From contig RFFQ01000146.1 of assembly GCA_003697105.1 (NCBI GenBank), positions 10,565 through 74,564 of the forward strand: 64,000 nt of DNA. Reading direction: 5' to 3'. A program made the position numbers and the translations under genes. The stretch is from Gemmatimonadota bacterium (GTDB lineage: Bacteria > 4572-55 > J002). A model generated the notes under the pieces. The model was not told the origin of the DNA. It saw nothing but the letters and a program-made list of their open reading frames with translations, and ran no database searches. Shown piece after piece: positions 28,982 through 38,366 of the stretch (position 1 is the stretch's first letter; each line of letters opens with the position of its first letter).

Positions 28982-31900
28982 ATGACCACCTATAACCCGT
29001 ACCTTTCTGAGGCTGTTGACACGCCTTCTTTTTTTTATGGGCGCTCGGAAACAATTCGTTTTATACTCAACCAACTGCAAGAACCTCAGGCTCACCCGAT
29101 CATCTTGTTTGGACAGCGGAAAGCGGGTAAAACCGCCGTTTTTCGCCATCTACTGCACCTCAAACCGGAGGGGTTTGTGTGGGTCTATTTTGATTTGCAA
29201 GGGTATGTACATGCGCCGTTAGCGGAAACCCTGTTCCATTTGGCAGAAGCCATTGCGCACCAACTGGATATTGCCATTCCCACCAAAAAAACCTTTTTGA
29301 AAGATGACCATTTCTTTGAAACCAAATTTCTGAATCAAATTCGGAGTGCACTCAAAGACCGTCACCCGGATCAGCCTCCGGCAATGGTGTTGTTGCTGGA
29401 TGAATTTCATCTACCGCGCGGAGCAGATGTTGCCCGCGACGACACTATTGTGACCTTTTTTCCCTTCCTCTACCAGTTATTACAAAAGGATGCACCGCTA
29501 CGGCTGGTGCTCACTTTTGGACCGGAATTAGCCATTTCCTACCGGAACAATCCACAGGCATATCAATTATTGACCCAAATTTTATCATCTCCACTGCTCC
29601 ACGAGGGCGTGTCACATCATGTTACCTCTCTTTCCGTTGAAGACGCCCTAAAACTGATCAAAGAACCGGTTGGAAATCAATTGGTGTACAACCCGGAAGC
29701 CCTAGACCGCATTTTGAGCCTTGCTAGTACGTGTCCCTTTTTGATCCGCCAACTCTGCGGTCTTATCTATGAGAAAAAACAACCGGCTGACTCCGAACCG
29801 GTGGCGATCTATTCCACAGATGTGGAAGCGGTGAAAACCGAATTTATCCGCCGCTTGCACTCCCATTTTGATGCCCTCTGGGACGATCTGCCCCTCGTGC
29901 AAAAAGTGATTTTCTGGCTTATTGCCAAACACCGGGATTCTCAGGGTGCCGTTCCCCGGCAGAAATTGGTTTCTCTATTGGAACGCCAGCATATCAAATT
30001 GCCCAAAGGTTTATTCCAAAACCACGAGTTAGTAGCAGAAGAGAACCATGTTGTCCGGTTTCGCATCGGCGGTTTTGGGGATTGGCTGGTGGATCAGGAT
30101 GTCGAAAATGATTTGATGATCGATTTTGGGCATGCCGAGAACTCCAACAAAGATGGGAGTAGTGCCCATTTTGCCGGTGAATTTGAACGGGCGCTGGAGT
30201 ATTACCGGGAGGCGGTGGCTATCAATCCTTACCACCTAGATGCCCAGCTTGGTATCGCCGAAGTCCTGAGCCAATTGGGACGCACCGAAGAAAGCATTGA
30301 GGAGTACGAAAAAGCGTACCAATTAGACCCGTTTTTTGTGGCAGATGATCTGGTCAATGCCCGCTTAAAGTATGCCGGAGAATTGGAACAAGCCGGCGAT
30401 AAAAATGGCGCCATTCTGCAATACAGCCGTATCTTGGAAATCTCACCCAACCATATGCGAGCCCAAGAGCTGTGGGCGGAGTTGGTACTGGAAAAAGGAC
30501 AAAACTTGTGTGAACAGGAAAATTGGGACGACGCGATCTATTGGTACCAGCAACTCTTGAACGTGGCACCAGCCTTGACCGTGGCACGATGTGCCCTCGC
30601 CGAAGTATATCTGCGGAAGGGAGAGTACGAAGCGGCGGTGAATGAATATGAAAAAGCCCACAATATCGACCGCAGTGAATCTGTGGCACACGGTTTGGCA
30701 AAGGCACGCCTCAAATGGGGTGAAGAACTCAAAGAAGAGGGGATGACCCCAGAAGCAATTGCCAATTATAAGCGAGTTCTTCTCACCGAACCGGATGAGG
30801 AAACCCGGGAAACGACCATCGCCAATTTGGTTAAATTGATGCTCCGCCGGGCGGATCAAAGTGCTCAAGCCGGTGACCTGTTAAAAGCTCGGGAGGAATA
30901 TCGCCGCGTGATCGAGATGGACGGTAATTGCTTAGAAGCCATGATCAAAGAAGCCGGTGTTGTCTATGCCATGGGTGATTATGACGAAGCGATTCGCCTG
31001 TTTGAAGCCGCCTGTGAAATCAATGAGGACATCGCTAAACCCGCCATGATTGCCACTCAACTCAATTATGCCGATCGATTAGCCACAAATGGCGCTTGGG
31101 ACACCGCCATGGAGGTGTGCGACACCGTTCTTGCGCTCGACCCGGAAAATGTGTTGGCACAGGATAAACGCCGGCAATTTGAAGACCGCCGGAATCAGAC
31201 TCCACCGGTGGCAGATGCCGGCACCACTGGTGAACCGGTTTCGACCGCTGATCCAGACCCCGTTACCGCGGATTCCGAGCAGGATACTGTTGACCTCGAC
31301 CGGGAATACCAGCAGGCGATGGCATATCTGGAAAATAAACAGTGGGATGAGGCGTTGGAATCCCTCAATCATATTTTTGAACAGGACCCAGACTACCGGG
31401 ATGCGGATCAAACCCCGATACCGGTCTGGATTAGCCGTGCCTTTTTGGCCCGTGTCGGGCTTGCCGAAGACCTCCTGCCCCAACGCATACAGCAGTTGGA
31501 AGCGGAACTTGCTGCCCTAAAAGACGCTCATGCGGTGGAATTAGAAACCTTGCGCACGGCGGAAACTGAGGCAAGTTGGCAGTTAGAGTCGCTGGAAACC
31601 GAACGAGACCAGTTGCAGATAGAACTGAAAACCGTCCAGCGCCAATTAGCGGATGCCGAGGCAAAAGTCAAACAGATGGAGGCAGAAAACCTGATCCGGA
31701 ATGCAGAAGTGGCTGCCCATTCACAAGACCTTTCGGTACACGTCACATCTGCCGACCAAACTATCGATGAAATGAACGACTTGATCGCGCAACTGAATTT
31801 AGAAAAACAAGCCCTTAAACATGAAGTGGCGCAGTTGCGAGACCAATTACTGGAACAAGCCGATCTGTTTGACCACTCGGAGGATACTCCCCAAGAGACC

Positions 31901-34879
31901 CTCTTGGCAGAGACGGAACAACTCCAGCACGAAAACGACCAACTCCGTAAAACGAACGAGATGCTTGCCGCCCAACTCCAACGCTTACAAGAGGAAATAG
32001 AAGCCTCCGCCCCACCGGCTGAAACCGGAGCACCTGCGGCGGATCGCATTGCGGAACTTGAAGCCCAGCTTGCCACGCTAAAAACAGAACGTAATGAGTT
32101 ACAAACCGTACTGGATCAGGTACAGTCCGATGCGGCGGAGCTTAAACAGGAATTCACAAGCCTACGCGAACAGCACCAGCATGACGCCGAGACCGTTAAA
32201 GCGCTGGAACAAGCAAATCGACAACTCCAAGAAGAAATCGTTGCCTTGGAACAGGATGCGATTGACCCGCAGGAATTGAAACAAGCGGAAGAAACCATTG
32301 CCCAATTGACCCGTGAACGAGATCAATTGCAACTGGATTTGCAGGTCGCAAATGAAAAACTGAAAACCTTACAAAATTCGATCCAAAATACGCCGGATCG
32401 ATCCGCTGAAATTAGGGCATTGGAAAACGAAATTGACATCCTCACAGAACGTTTAGAACACGCCACCGGTAAGGAAAACAAGCTGATCCAGAAAAACGTC
32501 AAGATGATGGACATCAACACCCGGTTGCTCAAACAGATTTCCGAATTGCAGACCGAAGTAGAGAATGCCCAATCCCGGCTAAATGAAACAACTCAGCGTT
32601 ATGAAAAGACCGAAATTCCCGCCTACAGGCTCAAACTTGAAAATCTGAAACGGGAGTTGGAACAGCAGACGGCGGATTATGACCAATTACACGCTGAAGT
32701 GGAGCATCTTCGGGCAGAAAATCAGCAATTACACGATCAGATTGCGCAACTGGAAGACCGAACCTCTGAACTCGACCTCAACCTGAAAAGTTATGAAACA
32801 GACCAACTGCGACCGTTGGAACAGGAGGCGAATACACTCCGCCAACAATTGCACGAACGGGATCAGCAGATAAATGAACTCCAGAAAACCATTACCCGCT
32901 TGGAAACTCAATTGGACAACTTGAAGGCGGATTTGGCAGAGCAACAACGTCGCTATGAGGAAGTTGAAATCCCAAAACGAGAAGATGCCATCCGGGCATT
33001 GGAAGCCCAACAGCAAGAACAGACGGCGGCTCAGACTGCACTGGAGGAACAACTCCAACGCACACAAGCCGAGCTAGATGACGCACGCCAACAATGGCGA
33101 GATATTGAGCACGATTATAAAACACTTCAAACGACGAACCAAGACCTCCAGCACCGAGTTGAAGACCTGCAACACCAATTGGAGACCATTCAACACGAAC
33201 GAGACCAACTCCAACAAGAAATCACCGGTTTGCAGCAGAAATTAGAAGCAGAACAATTCCGACATCAGGAAGAACGAAAGTCGTTAAAAAGCGAAATTGA
33301 AACGTTAGCCACGGAAGCCGAACAGTACGCCCTCCAGACGGATGAACTGCGACAATTGCTCACCCAGCAACAAGCCACCGCCGAGAAACTGCGGGCAGAA
33401 TATGACCACTTAGAAGAGCAATACGAACAGGTGCGCCTGCCAGAGCTAAACGAAAAAATTCAGACATTGCAAGAGAACGTCACTCATCTGGAAGCGCGAC
33501 AGGTAGAACTGGAAAATCTGCTGGATAAAGCCGAACGCGATTTAGCCTACCGTCAGGAACGGCTGAACCAATTACAGCAACGATATGATACGGAAACGGC
33601 ATCCTTGCGGCGACAAATTGAGAACCTCTCCCAAGCGCTCGAGGCAAAATCCGACAATGAACAAAATCTATTGGAAAACAACACGGCGCTGACGCGTGCC
33701 AATACGGATTTGTTGCGACAGTTGTCGCAGTTAAAAGATGAACTGAATGAGGCTCAAAGACAACAAGCCCAATTTGAACAGATCGAACGCCTCCAGTTAC
33801 AAAATGAAATCGATAAACTCAAGCGAACCTTAGCCACCGAGGAACACCAGCGAGAACACTTGGAAAGCGAACTGGAAACGGCGACGCAGGCGCTGGAAGA
33901 TGCGCATCAACGGGCAATAACTCTACAACAGGATTATGAAGAAAATGTGATTGCCCCCCTCCAACAAGAGGTGGATGACTTGCGCCGGACCGTGAATGAA
34001 GCTAAAACACATGAAGAGATTTTACAACGCCGGTTGCGTGAAATGGAGCAGGAAAATCATCAATTGGTACGTGATCTGGAAGCATTGCGCGAAGAATATC
34101 AAACCGAACGCTTGCCCCAATTAGAGCGACAACTCAAAGACCAACAGGAAGAAACGGCGGCTAAAGCCAACCGCATTCGTGAACTGGAGACCCAACTCCA
34201 CATTAAGGACCAAGAGATGGCGGCGTTGCGGACAGAACTTCAGCAGATGCAAACACACTATGAACAGGAACGCTTGGCTCCGTTAGAGCAGCGTCTGGCA
34301 CAACTGGAAACGCAACTGTTTGAAGCCGAAGGTAACCTCAGTGATGCCCGGGCACATGCCACCTCCCTGCAAGACCAAATTGATGATTTACAGCAACAGT
34401 TGGAAGAACAACAAATTCGGTATGAAGTTCAGCAGATTAAGCCGCTGCAACACCAGATCGACCTTCTTCAACAAAAAGTAACCGCCGCGGAACGTACCGA
34501 AAATCAATTGAAGGCAAAAGCGGAAGATGCTGAATCCGCCCACCAGTATGCGTTGCAACAGATTGAAGTTTTGCAGGATGAAATCGATCTCCTGCGGGAA
34601 AAAGCCGATCACGTTCGCCAACAGTACGAACACGAGCGCATTCCCGCCTTGCAACGAAAGATCGAGCGCCTCACCCAATCCAACCATGAAAAAAGTGAAA
34701 ATATTGAACGGCTGAACCGGCTTCTTGCCGAAAAATTGGAAGAAGAAGAAGAATTGCTCCGCCACAATACGGAAATGAGTGATAGCAATACCCGTTTGTT
34801 AAAGAAAATCAATGAGTTGCAGCGAGAAATTGTCTCATTACGCCAACCGTTACCCAACGCTGATACGGAAGAGTCATGA
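28982..34879 (+). CDS. Giant STAND-like P-loop ATPase - TPR - long coiled-coil protein
   Basis: NPY..FYGR, Walker A GQRKAGKT, Walker B LLLDEF, TPR array, then ~1100 aa of E/Q/L-rich heptads with periodic Y-E-x3-(I/L)-P motifs. Confidence 0.85.
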   Translation: MTTYNPYLSEAVDTPSFFYGRSETIRFILNQLQEPQAHPIILFGQRKAGKTAVFRHLLHLKPEGFVWVYFDLQGYVHAPLAETLFHLAEAIAHQLDIAIPTKKTFLKDDHFFETKFLNQIRSALKDRHPDQPPAMVLLLDEFHLPRGADVARDDTIVTFFPFLYQLLQKDAPLRLVLTFGPELAISYRNNPQAYQLLTQILSSPLLHEGVSHHVTSLSVEDALKLIKEPVGNQLVYNPEALDRILSLASTCPFLIRQLCGLIYEKKQPADSEPVAIYSTDVEAVKTEFIRRLHSHFDALWDDLPLVQKVIFWLIAKHRDSQGAVPRQKLVSLLERQHIKLPKGLFQNHELVAEENHVVRFRIGGFGDWLVDQDVENDLMIDFGHAENSNKDGSSAHFAGEFERALEYYREAVAINPYHLDAQLGIAEVLSQLGRTEESIEEYEKAYQLDPFFVADDLVNARLKYAGELEQAGDKNGAILQYSRILEISPNHMRAQELWAELVLEKGQNLCEQENWDDAIYWYQQLLNVAPALTVARCALAEVYLRKGEYEAAVNEYEKAHNIDRSESVAHGLAKARLKWGEELKEEGMTPEAIANYKRVLLTEPDEETRETTIANLVKLMLRRADQSAQAGDLLKAREEYRRVIEMDGNCLEAMIKEAGVVYAMGDYDEAIRLFEAACEINEDIAKPAMIATQLNYADRLATNGAWDTAMEVCDTVLALDPENVLAQDKRRQFEDRRNQTPPVADAGTTGEPVSTADPDPVTADSEQDTVDLDREYQQAMAYLENKQWDEALESLNHIFEQDPDYRDADQTPIPVWISRAFLARVGLAEDLLPQRIQQLEAELAALKDAHAVELETLRTAETEASWQLESLETERDQLQIELKTVQRQLADAEAKVKQMEAENLIRNAEVAAHSQDLSVHVTSADQTIDEMNDLIAQLNLEKQALKHEVAQLRDQLLEQADLFDHSEDTPQETLLAETEQLQHENDQLRKTNEMLAAQLQRLQEEIEASAPPAETGAPAADRIAELEAQLATLKTERNELQTVLDQVQSDAAELKQEFTSLREQHQHDAETVKALEQANRQLQEEIVALEQDAIDPQELKQAEETIAQLTRERDQLQLDLQVANEKLKTLQNSIQNTPDRSAEIRALENEIDILTERLEHATGKENKLIQKNVKMMDINTRLLKQISELQTEVENAQSRLNETTQRYEKTEIPAYRLKLENLKRELEQQTADYDQLHAEVEHLRAENQQLHDQIAQLEDRTSELDLNLKSYETDQLRPLEQEANTLRQQLHERDQQINELQKTITRLETQLDNLKADLAEQQRRYEEVEIPKREDAIRALEAQQQEQTAAQTALEEQLQRTQAELDDARQQWRDIEHDYKTLQTTNQDLQHRVEDLQHQLETIQHERDQLQQEITGLQQKLEAEQFRHQEERKSLKSEIETLATEAEQYALQTDELRQLLTQQQATAEKLRAEYDHLEEQYEQVRLPELNEKIQTLQENVTHLEARQVELENLLDKAERDLAYRQERLNQLQQRYDTETASLRRQIENLSQALEAKSDNEQNLLENNTALTRANTDLLRQLSQLKDELNEAQRQQAQFEQIERLQLQNEIDKLKRTLATEEHQREHLESELETATQALEDAHQRAITLQQDYEENVIAPLQQEVDDLRRTVNEAKTHEEILQRRLREMEQENHQLVRDLEALREEYQTERLPQLERQLKDQQEETAAKANRIRELETQLHIKDQEMAALRTELQQMQTHYEQERLAPLEQRLAQLETQLFEAEGNLSDARAHATSLQDQIDDLQQQLEEQQIRYEVQQIKPLQHQIDLLQQKVTAAERTENQLKAKAEDAESAHQYALQQIEVLQDEIDLLREKADHVRQQYEHERIPALQRKIERLTQSNHEKSENIERLNRLLAEKLEEEEELLRHNTEMSDSNTRLLKKINELQREIVSLRQPLPNADTEES

Positions 34880-37800
34880 TGGACAAAAACCGGTACGAAC
34901 AGGAGATTGAGGATTTACGGCGCGAGATTGATAGCCTAAATCGTGTTTTGCGGGAAAAATCCGCCTACGAAGACCGTCTGCAAACCAAAAATAAACGGTT
35001 GATGGAACGCAACAACCAACTGTTTAAGCAGGTTGCCGAATTGCAAGGAGACGTCGCCCGTCTGCACCAGCAGGTGTTCGCGCTCAATAAATCACCGGAA
35101 AGCTACCAAACGGCGGTCTTGCAGGCTGAATTAGACCAGTTGCAATCGGTGGTGAACGAGTTGCAATCTCGTGAAACATCGCTCCTCGCCGAGAATCAGC
35201 GCTTAAAAACGGATTTGAATCATTGGCGATCTGCCACGGCGCAGGATTCGCATGAGACGGTGCGTAAAACGGCTGAAATAGAGCAACTCAAACGGGCACG
35301 GCAAGAGGCCGAAGAACGCCTTTCCCGCAAAACCGCCGAATTTCTGGAACTGAGCGAACGCATTGGAGAACTGGATCGCATCTACGAAAAAACCATTGCG
35401 GAAGTCAAACGGTTACGCGAACAATTGACCGCGACGAAAGCGGAAAATCAGGACAAAACAGCCCGGCTGGCAAAGCTCCATGCTGAACAAGAAGACTTAC
35501 AAGCACAATTGGTATCCCAGCAGTCCCGTGCGGCGGAGATGCAGGCGCAGTTGGCAGAGACTCGCTCTAAATTGAATCTGGCAGAGAAAAATATCCAACA
35601 GTTGACCGAAACTCTGCAAAAATATGAGCATCACCAAATACCGGTATTGCGCTCCCAACTGGATGATCTGAACCGCCAAATATCTGAAAAAGATAAAGAA
35701 ATAAATATCTTACGCAAAAAAAATGAAGCCTTGGGGTCGGCAACCTCCGGTGCGGAGGCCTCCGCGGATGATGATGACACACGCCACCGGGAACTTCAAC
35801 AGGAGGTGGAGCGTCTCAACAACGTGATCTCCCAAAAAGAGCGGGAACTGGAAATTTTAGCGCAGGATAAGCAAAAACTGGTCGATCAACAACTTCATTT
35901 TCAGCAAAGTTTGCAAGCGGAACTTGCCGCGAAAATTGAACTGGAATTTCAACAGCGTGAACTCAACACCAAACTGGCCGCCGCCCAGCAAGAAATCGAG
36001 ACGTTAAGAGCAGAACTTGCCGCTCGACCCGAACTGGCTACTGGCACGGATGGGCTTGAAACCGACCTCCAAAACTTGCAGGCACTGCTGGAGGAGCGGG
36101 ATGCGACCATCGCCTCATTGAATGCCCAACTTTCTGAGATGGCAGACCCACTCGTCGCGGCTAAAGCTGAAAGTTTGCAACAGGAGTTGGATACCGCCCG
36201 GCGAAAAATTTCCGATTTGCGCACGGAAAATTCGTCTTTACAGCAGCAGTTGAACGACTTGAAAACCGCATTGGAGCATCGTCACTCCATCGAAGCAGAG
36301 ATTACCAGTCTATCTGCCACCATTGACCGGCTTAACCAATCGTTGGAAGCATCTGCGGCGGAAAAAGCCGATTTGAAGCGTGCCTATGATTCTCTGCGGC
36401 ACGAGTGGGCAACACTTTACGAGCGTTTAAACCAACCCGAACCTGTGTCTTCCAAAAAGAAATATCCGGCGTTTTGGTTGTGGTCGGTCTTCTTTTTACT
36501 TCTGGCGGTGCTGTTGCTCTTTTTACCGGAAACCCTTGACCAAACCAAATCGGTGTTTCCCCTCTCCAACCCACCGGTTATAACCCGTTTGGGTGCTCCT
36601 GACTCGATGACCTCCAATGTCACCCCGGCACCTCCGGTTCCGAGTGCAGATTCAACAACGGTAATCGCGGAAATGCCGCCGGAAAGCTCATCTCCGGCAG
36701 CTATAACCCCCGGCATCACTCCGGCTTCTGATTCAACAACGGTAATCGCGGAAATGCCGCCGGAAAGCTCATCTCCGGCAGCTATAACCCCGCCTGCATC
36801 CGCACCGGAATCTGGAACGGTGGGTGCTGAACCGGCGCCGGAAACCGCTCCCCGCATGACGGTAGAACCCGAAACGACACCGGTTGCCGGCACGCCCGCT
36901 TCCGCATCATCCCCGACGTTTACCTTACCGGCTACCGTTGATTTGAGTGTGGATGTCAGTGGTGGAGAAGCTCCCTTAAAAACCACGTTCCACGCCCCGT
37001 TGCCAGAACCCACACCGGATAATCTCAACTTTTTGTGGGATTTTGGGGATGGGGTAACCAGCCGTCAGGCATCCCCCACCCATACCTATGTCCAGCCGGG
37101 TATTTACACCACCCGTCTGAACTTGCAATACGGTCAGGATTCCAAAACGGTTGGACAAGTCACGATTCAAGTGGATGCCCCCCCGCCCCCGCCAATTGCA
37201 GAAGCCTCGCTCGGCGAAGGGGATGCTAACCAAGGAAAACTCAAAACTGCTCCGCTGGCAACCCCAACCCCTAAACCCCGGTTGCAAGTCTCTACTACCG
37301 AAGGACGCGCCCCATTGGAAGTCCGTTTTTCATTAAGCGGGCTTGAAGGGATGCCGCATCTCTCCTATTTGTGGGATTTTGGGGATGGCAGTACCAGCAG
37401 TACCCAAGCGAATCCAACCCATATCTACCAAATGGCAGGAAATTATCGGGCTGTGGGTGTTGTCAAGCAGGGGAATCAAATTGTGGCGGAAGTCTCGCAG
37501 ACGATTCGCGTGGTGCCGGATCAGCGCAATGTACGGATTCAACAGTTGCATGCCATAGAAGAGATGGTTTTGATTCCGGCTGGAAATTTCCACATGGGTG
37601 ATTTTCGAGGTGAACCGGATGCACAACCGCAAATTATTGTCTTCTTAGATACCTATTATATTGATAAATACGAAGTTACCAATGCCCAATATGCGGAGTT
37701 TCTGAATCGTATCAATTATACACCAACAGATGATAAATTCATTGAAATTTCGCACCCGGATTGTAAAATTTACTACGACTCGGATCAGGGATTTAAAGTT

Positions 37801-38277
37801 GAACCGGGTTATGAGTATTATCCCGTGGTTTGTGTCAGTTGGTACGGGGCAGATGCGTATGCCAAGGCACTGAATAAGCGATTACCCACCGAAGCGGAGT
37901 GGGAAAAAGCGGCACGGGGCGAACAAGATGTGCGCAGTTACCCTTGGGGAAATCAGTGGATCCCCAATATTGCCAACACCCGGGAACTCTCTTTGGGCAG
38001 TGGACCAACCAAAGTGGGGCGATTTCCTGCCGGTGAAAGCCCTTACGGGGTGGTTGATCTCATCGGGAATGTCTCTGAATGGTGTGCCGATTGGTATCAA
38101 GAAGATTTTTATCAGCGGCATTCTGGTAAGAATCCGGCGGGTCCCGTTTCGGGTACGATGCGCGTTTATCGCGGCGGGTCTTACAGCGATCTGGGTGCGC
38201 ATGCCCGCGTGTTTGATCGCGCCGCGGCAAGCCCAGATGCCAAGCATCCAACCCGAGGGTTTCGCTGTGCCCGGTAG
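34876..38277 (+). CDS. Coiled-coil - TM - Pro-rich - 2xPKD - FGE/SUMF1-like domain protein
   Basis: ~515-aa coiled coil, TM FWLWSVFFLLLAVLLLFL, two WDFGDG PKD domains, YEVTNAQY, RLPTEAEWEKAARG, GNVSEW, RGGS, GFRC; ATGA overlap with upstream gene. Confidence 0.88.
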   Translation: MMDKNRYEQEIEDLRREIDSLNRVLREKSAYEDRLQTKNKRLMERNNQLFKQVAELQGDVARLHQQVFALNKSPESYQTAVLQAELDQLQSVVNELQSRETSLLAENQRLKTDLNHWRSATAQDSHETVRKTAEIEQLKRARQEAEERLSRKTAEFLELSERIGELDRIYEKTIAEVKRLREQLTATKAENQDKTARLAKLHAEQEDLQAQLVSQQSRAAEMQAQLAETRSKLNLAEKNIQQLTETLQKYEHHQIPVLRSQLDDLNRQISEKDKEINILRKKNEALGSATSGAEASADDDDTRHRELQQEVERLNNVISQKERELEILAQDKQKLVDQQLHFQQSLQAELAAKIELEFQQRELNTKLAAAQQEIETLRAELAARPELATGTDGLETDLQNLQALLEERDATIASLNAQLSEMADPLVAAKAESLQQELDTARRKISDLRTENSSLQQQLNDLKTALEHRHSIEAEITSLSATIDRLNQSLEASAAEKADLKRAYDSLRHEWATLYERLNQPEPVSSKKKYPAFWLWSVFFLLLAVLLLFLPETLDQTKSVFPLSNPPVITRLGAPDSMTSNVTPAPPVPSADSTTVIAEMPPESSSPAAITPGITPASDSTTVIAEMPPESSSPAAITPPASAPESGTVGAEPAPETAPRMTVEPETTPVAGTPASASSPTFTLPATVDLSVDVSGGEAPLKTTFHAPLPEPTPDNLNFLWDFGDGVTSRQASPTHTYVQPGIYTTRLNLQYGQDSKTVGQVTIQVDAPPPPPIAEASLGEGDANQGKLKTAPLATPTPKPRLQVSTTEGRAPLEVRFSLSGLEGMPHLSYLWDFGDGSTSSTQANPTHIYQMAGNYRAVGVVKQGNQIVAEVSQTIRVVPDQRNVRIQQLHAIEEMVLIPAGNFHMGDFRGEPDAQPQIIVFLDTYYIDKYEVTNAQYAEFLNRINYTPTDDKFIEISHPDCKIYYDSDQGFKVEPGYEYYPVVCVSWYGADAYAKALNKRLPTEAEWEKAARGEQDVRSYPWGNQWIPNIANTRELSLGSGPTKVGRFPAGESPYGVVDLIGNVSEWCADWYQEDFYQRHSGKNPAGPVSGTMRVYRGGSYSDLGAHARVFDRAAASPDAKHPTRGFRCAR
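36649..36791 (+). repeat. Exact 62-bp intragenic direct repeat x2 (period 81 bp)
   Basis: 36649-36710 is identical to 36730-36791, encoding DSTTVIAEMPPESSSPAAITP. Confidence 0.95.
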
Positions 38278-38366
38278 CCTTTCGTGATTTAGGGCGAACG
38301 GGGTTAGCTGGGTGCATCCATTCTTCCTTTTTTGTCTTCACTTCACCCGCTCGTTAAAGAGGTAGC

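Noticed and set aside
28982-34879. SMC/SbcC or phage tape-measure protein
   Set aside because: Walker A and B are both in the N-terminal domain, there is no hinge or C-terminal ABC half, and no phage genes are nearby.
36649-36791. Possible CRISPR-like repeat
   Set aside because: Only two 62-bp copies, in frame inside a CDS, and no cas genes.
37560-38360. FGE-type CLec domain as a diversity-generating retroelement target
   Set aside because: No reverse transcriptase and no template-repeat copy of the 3' end seen in the window.
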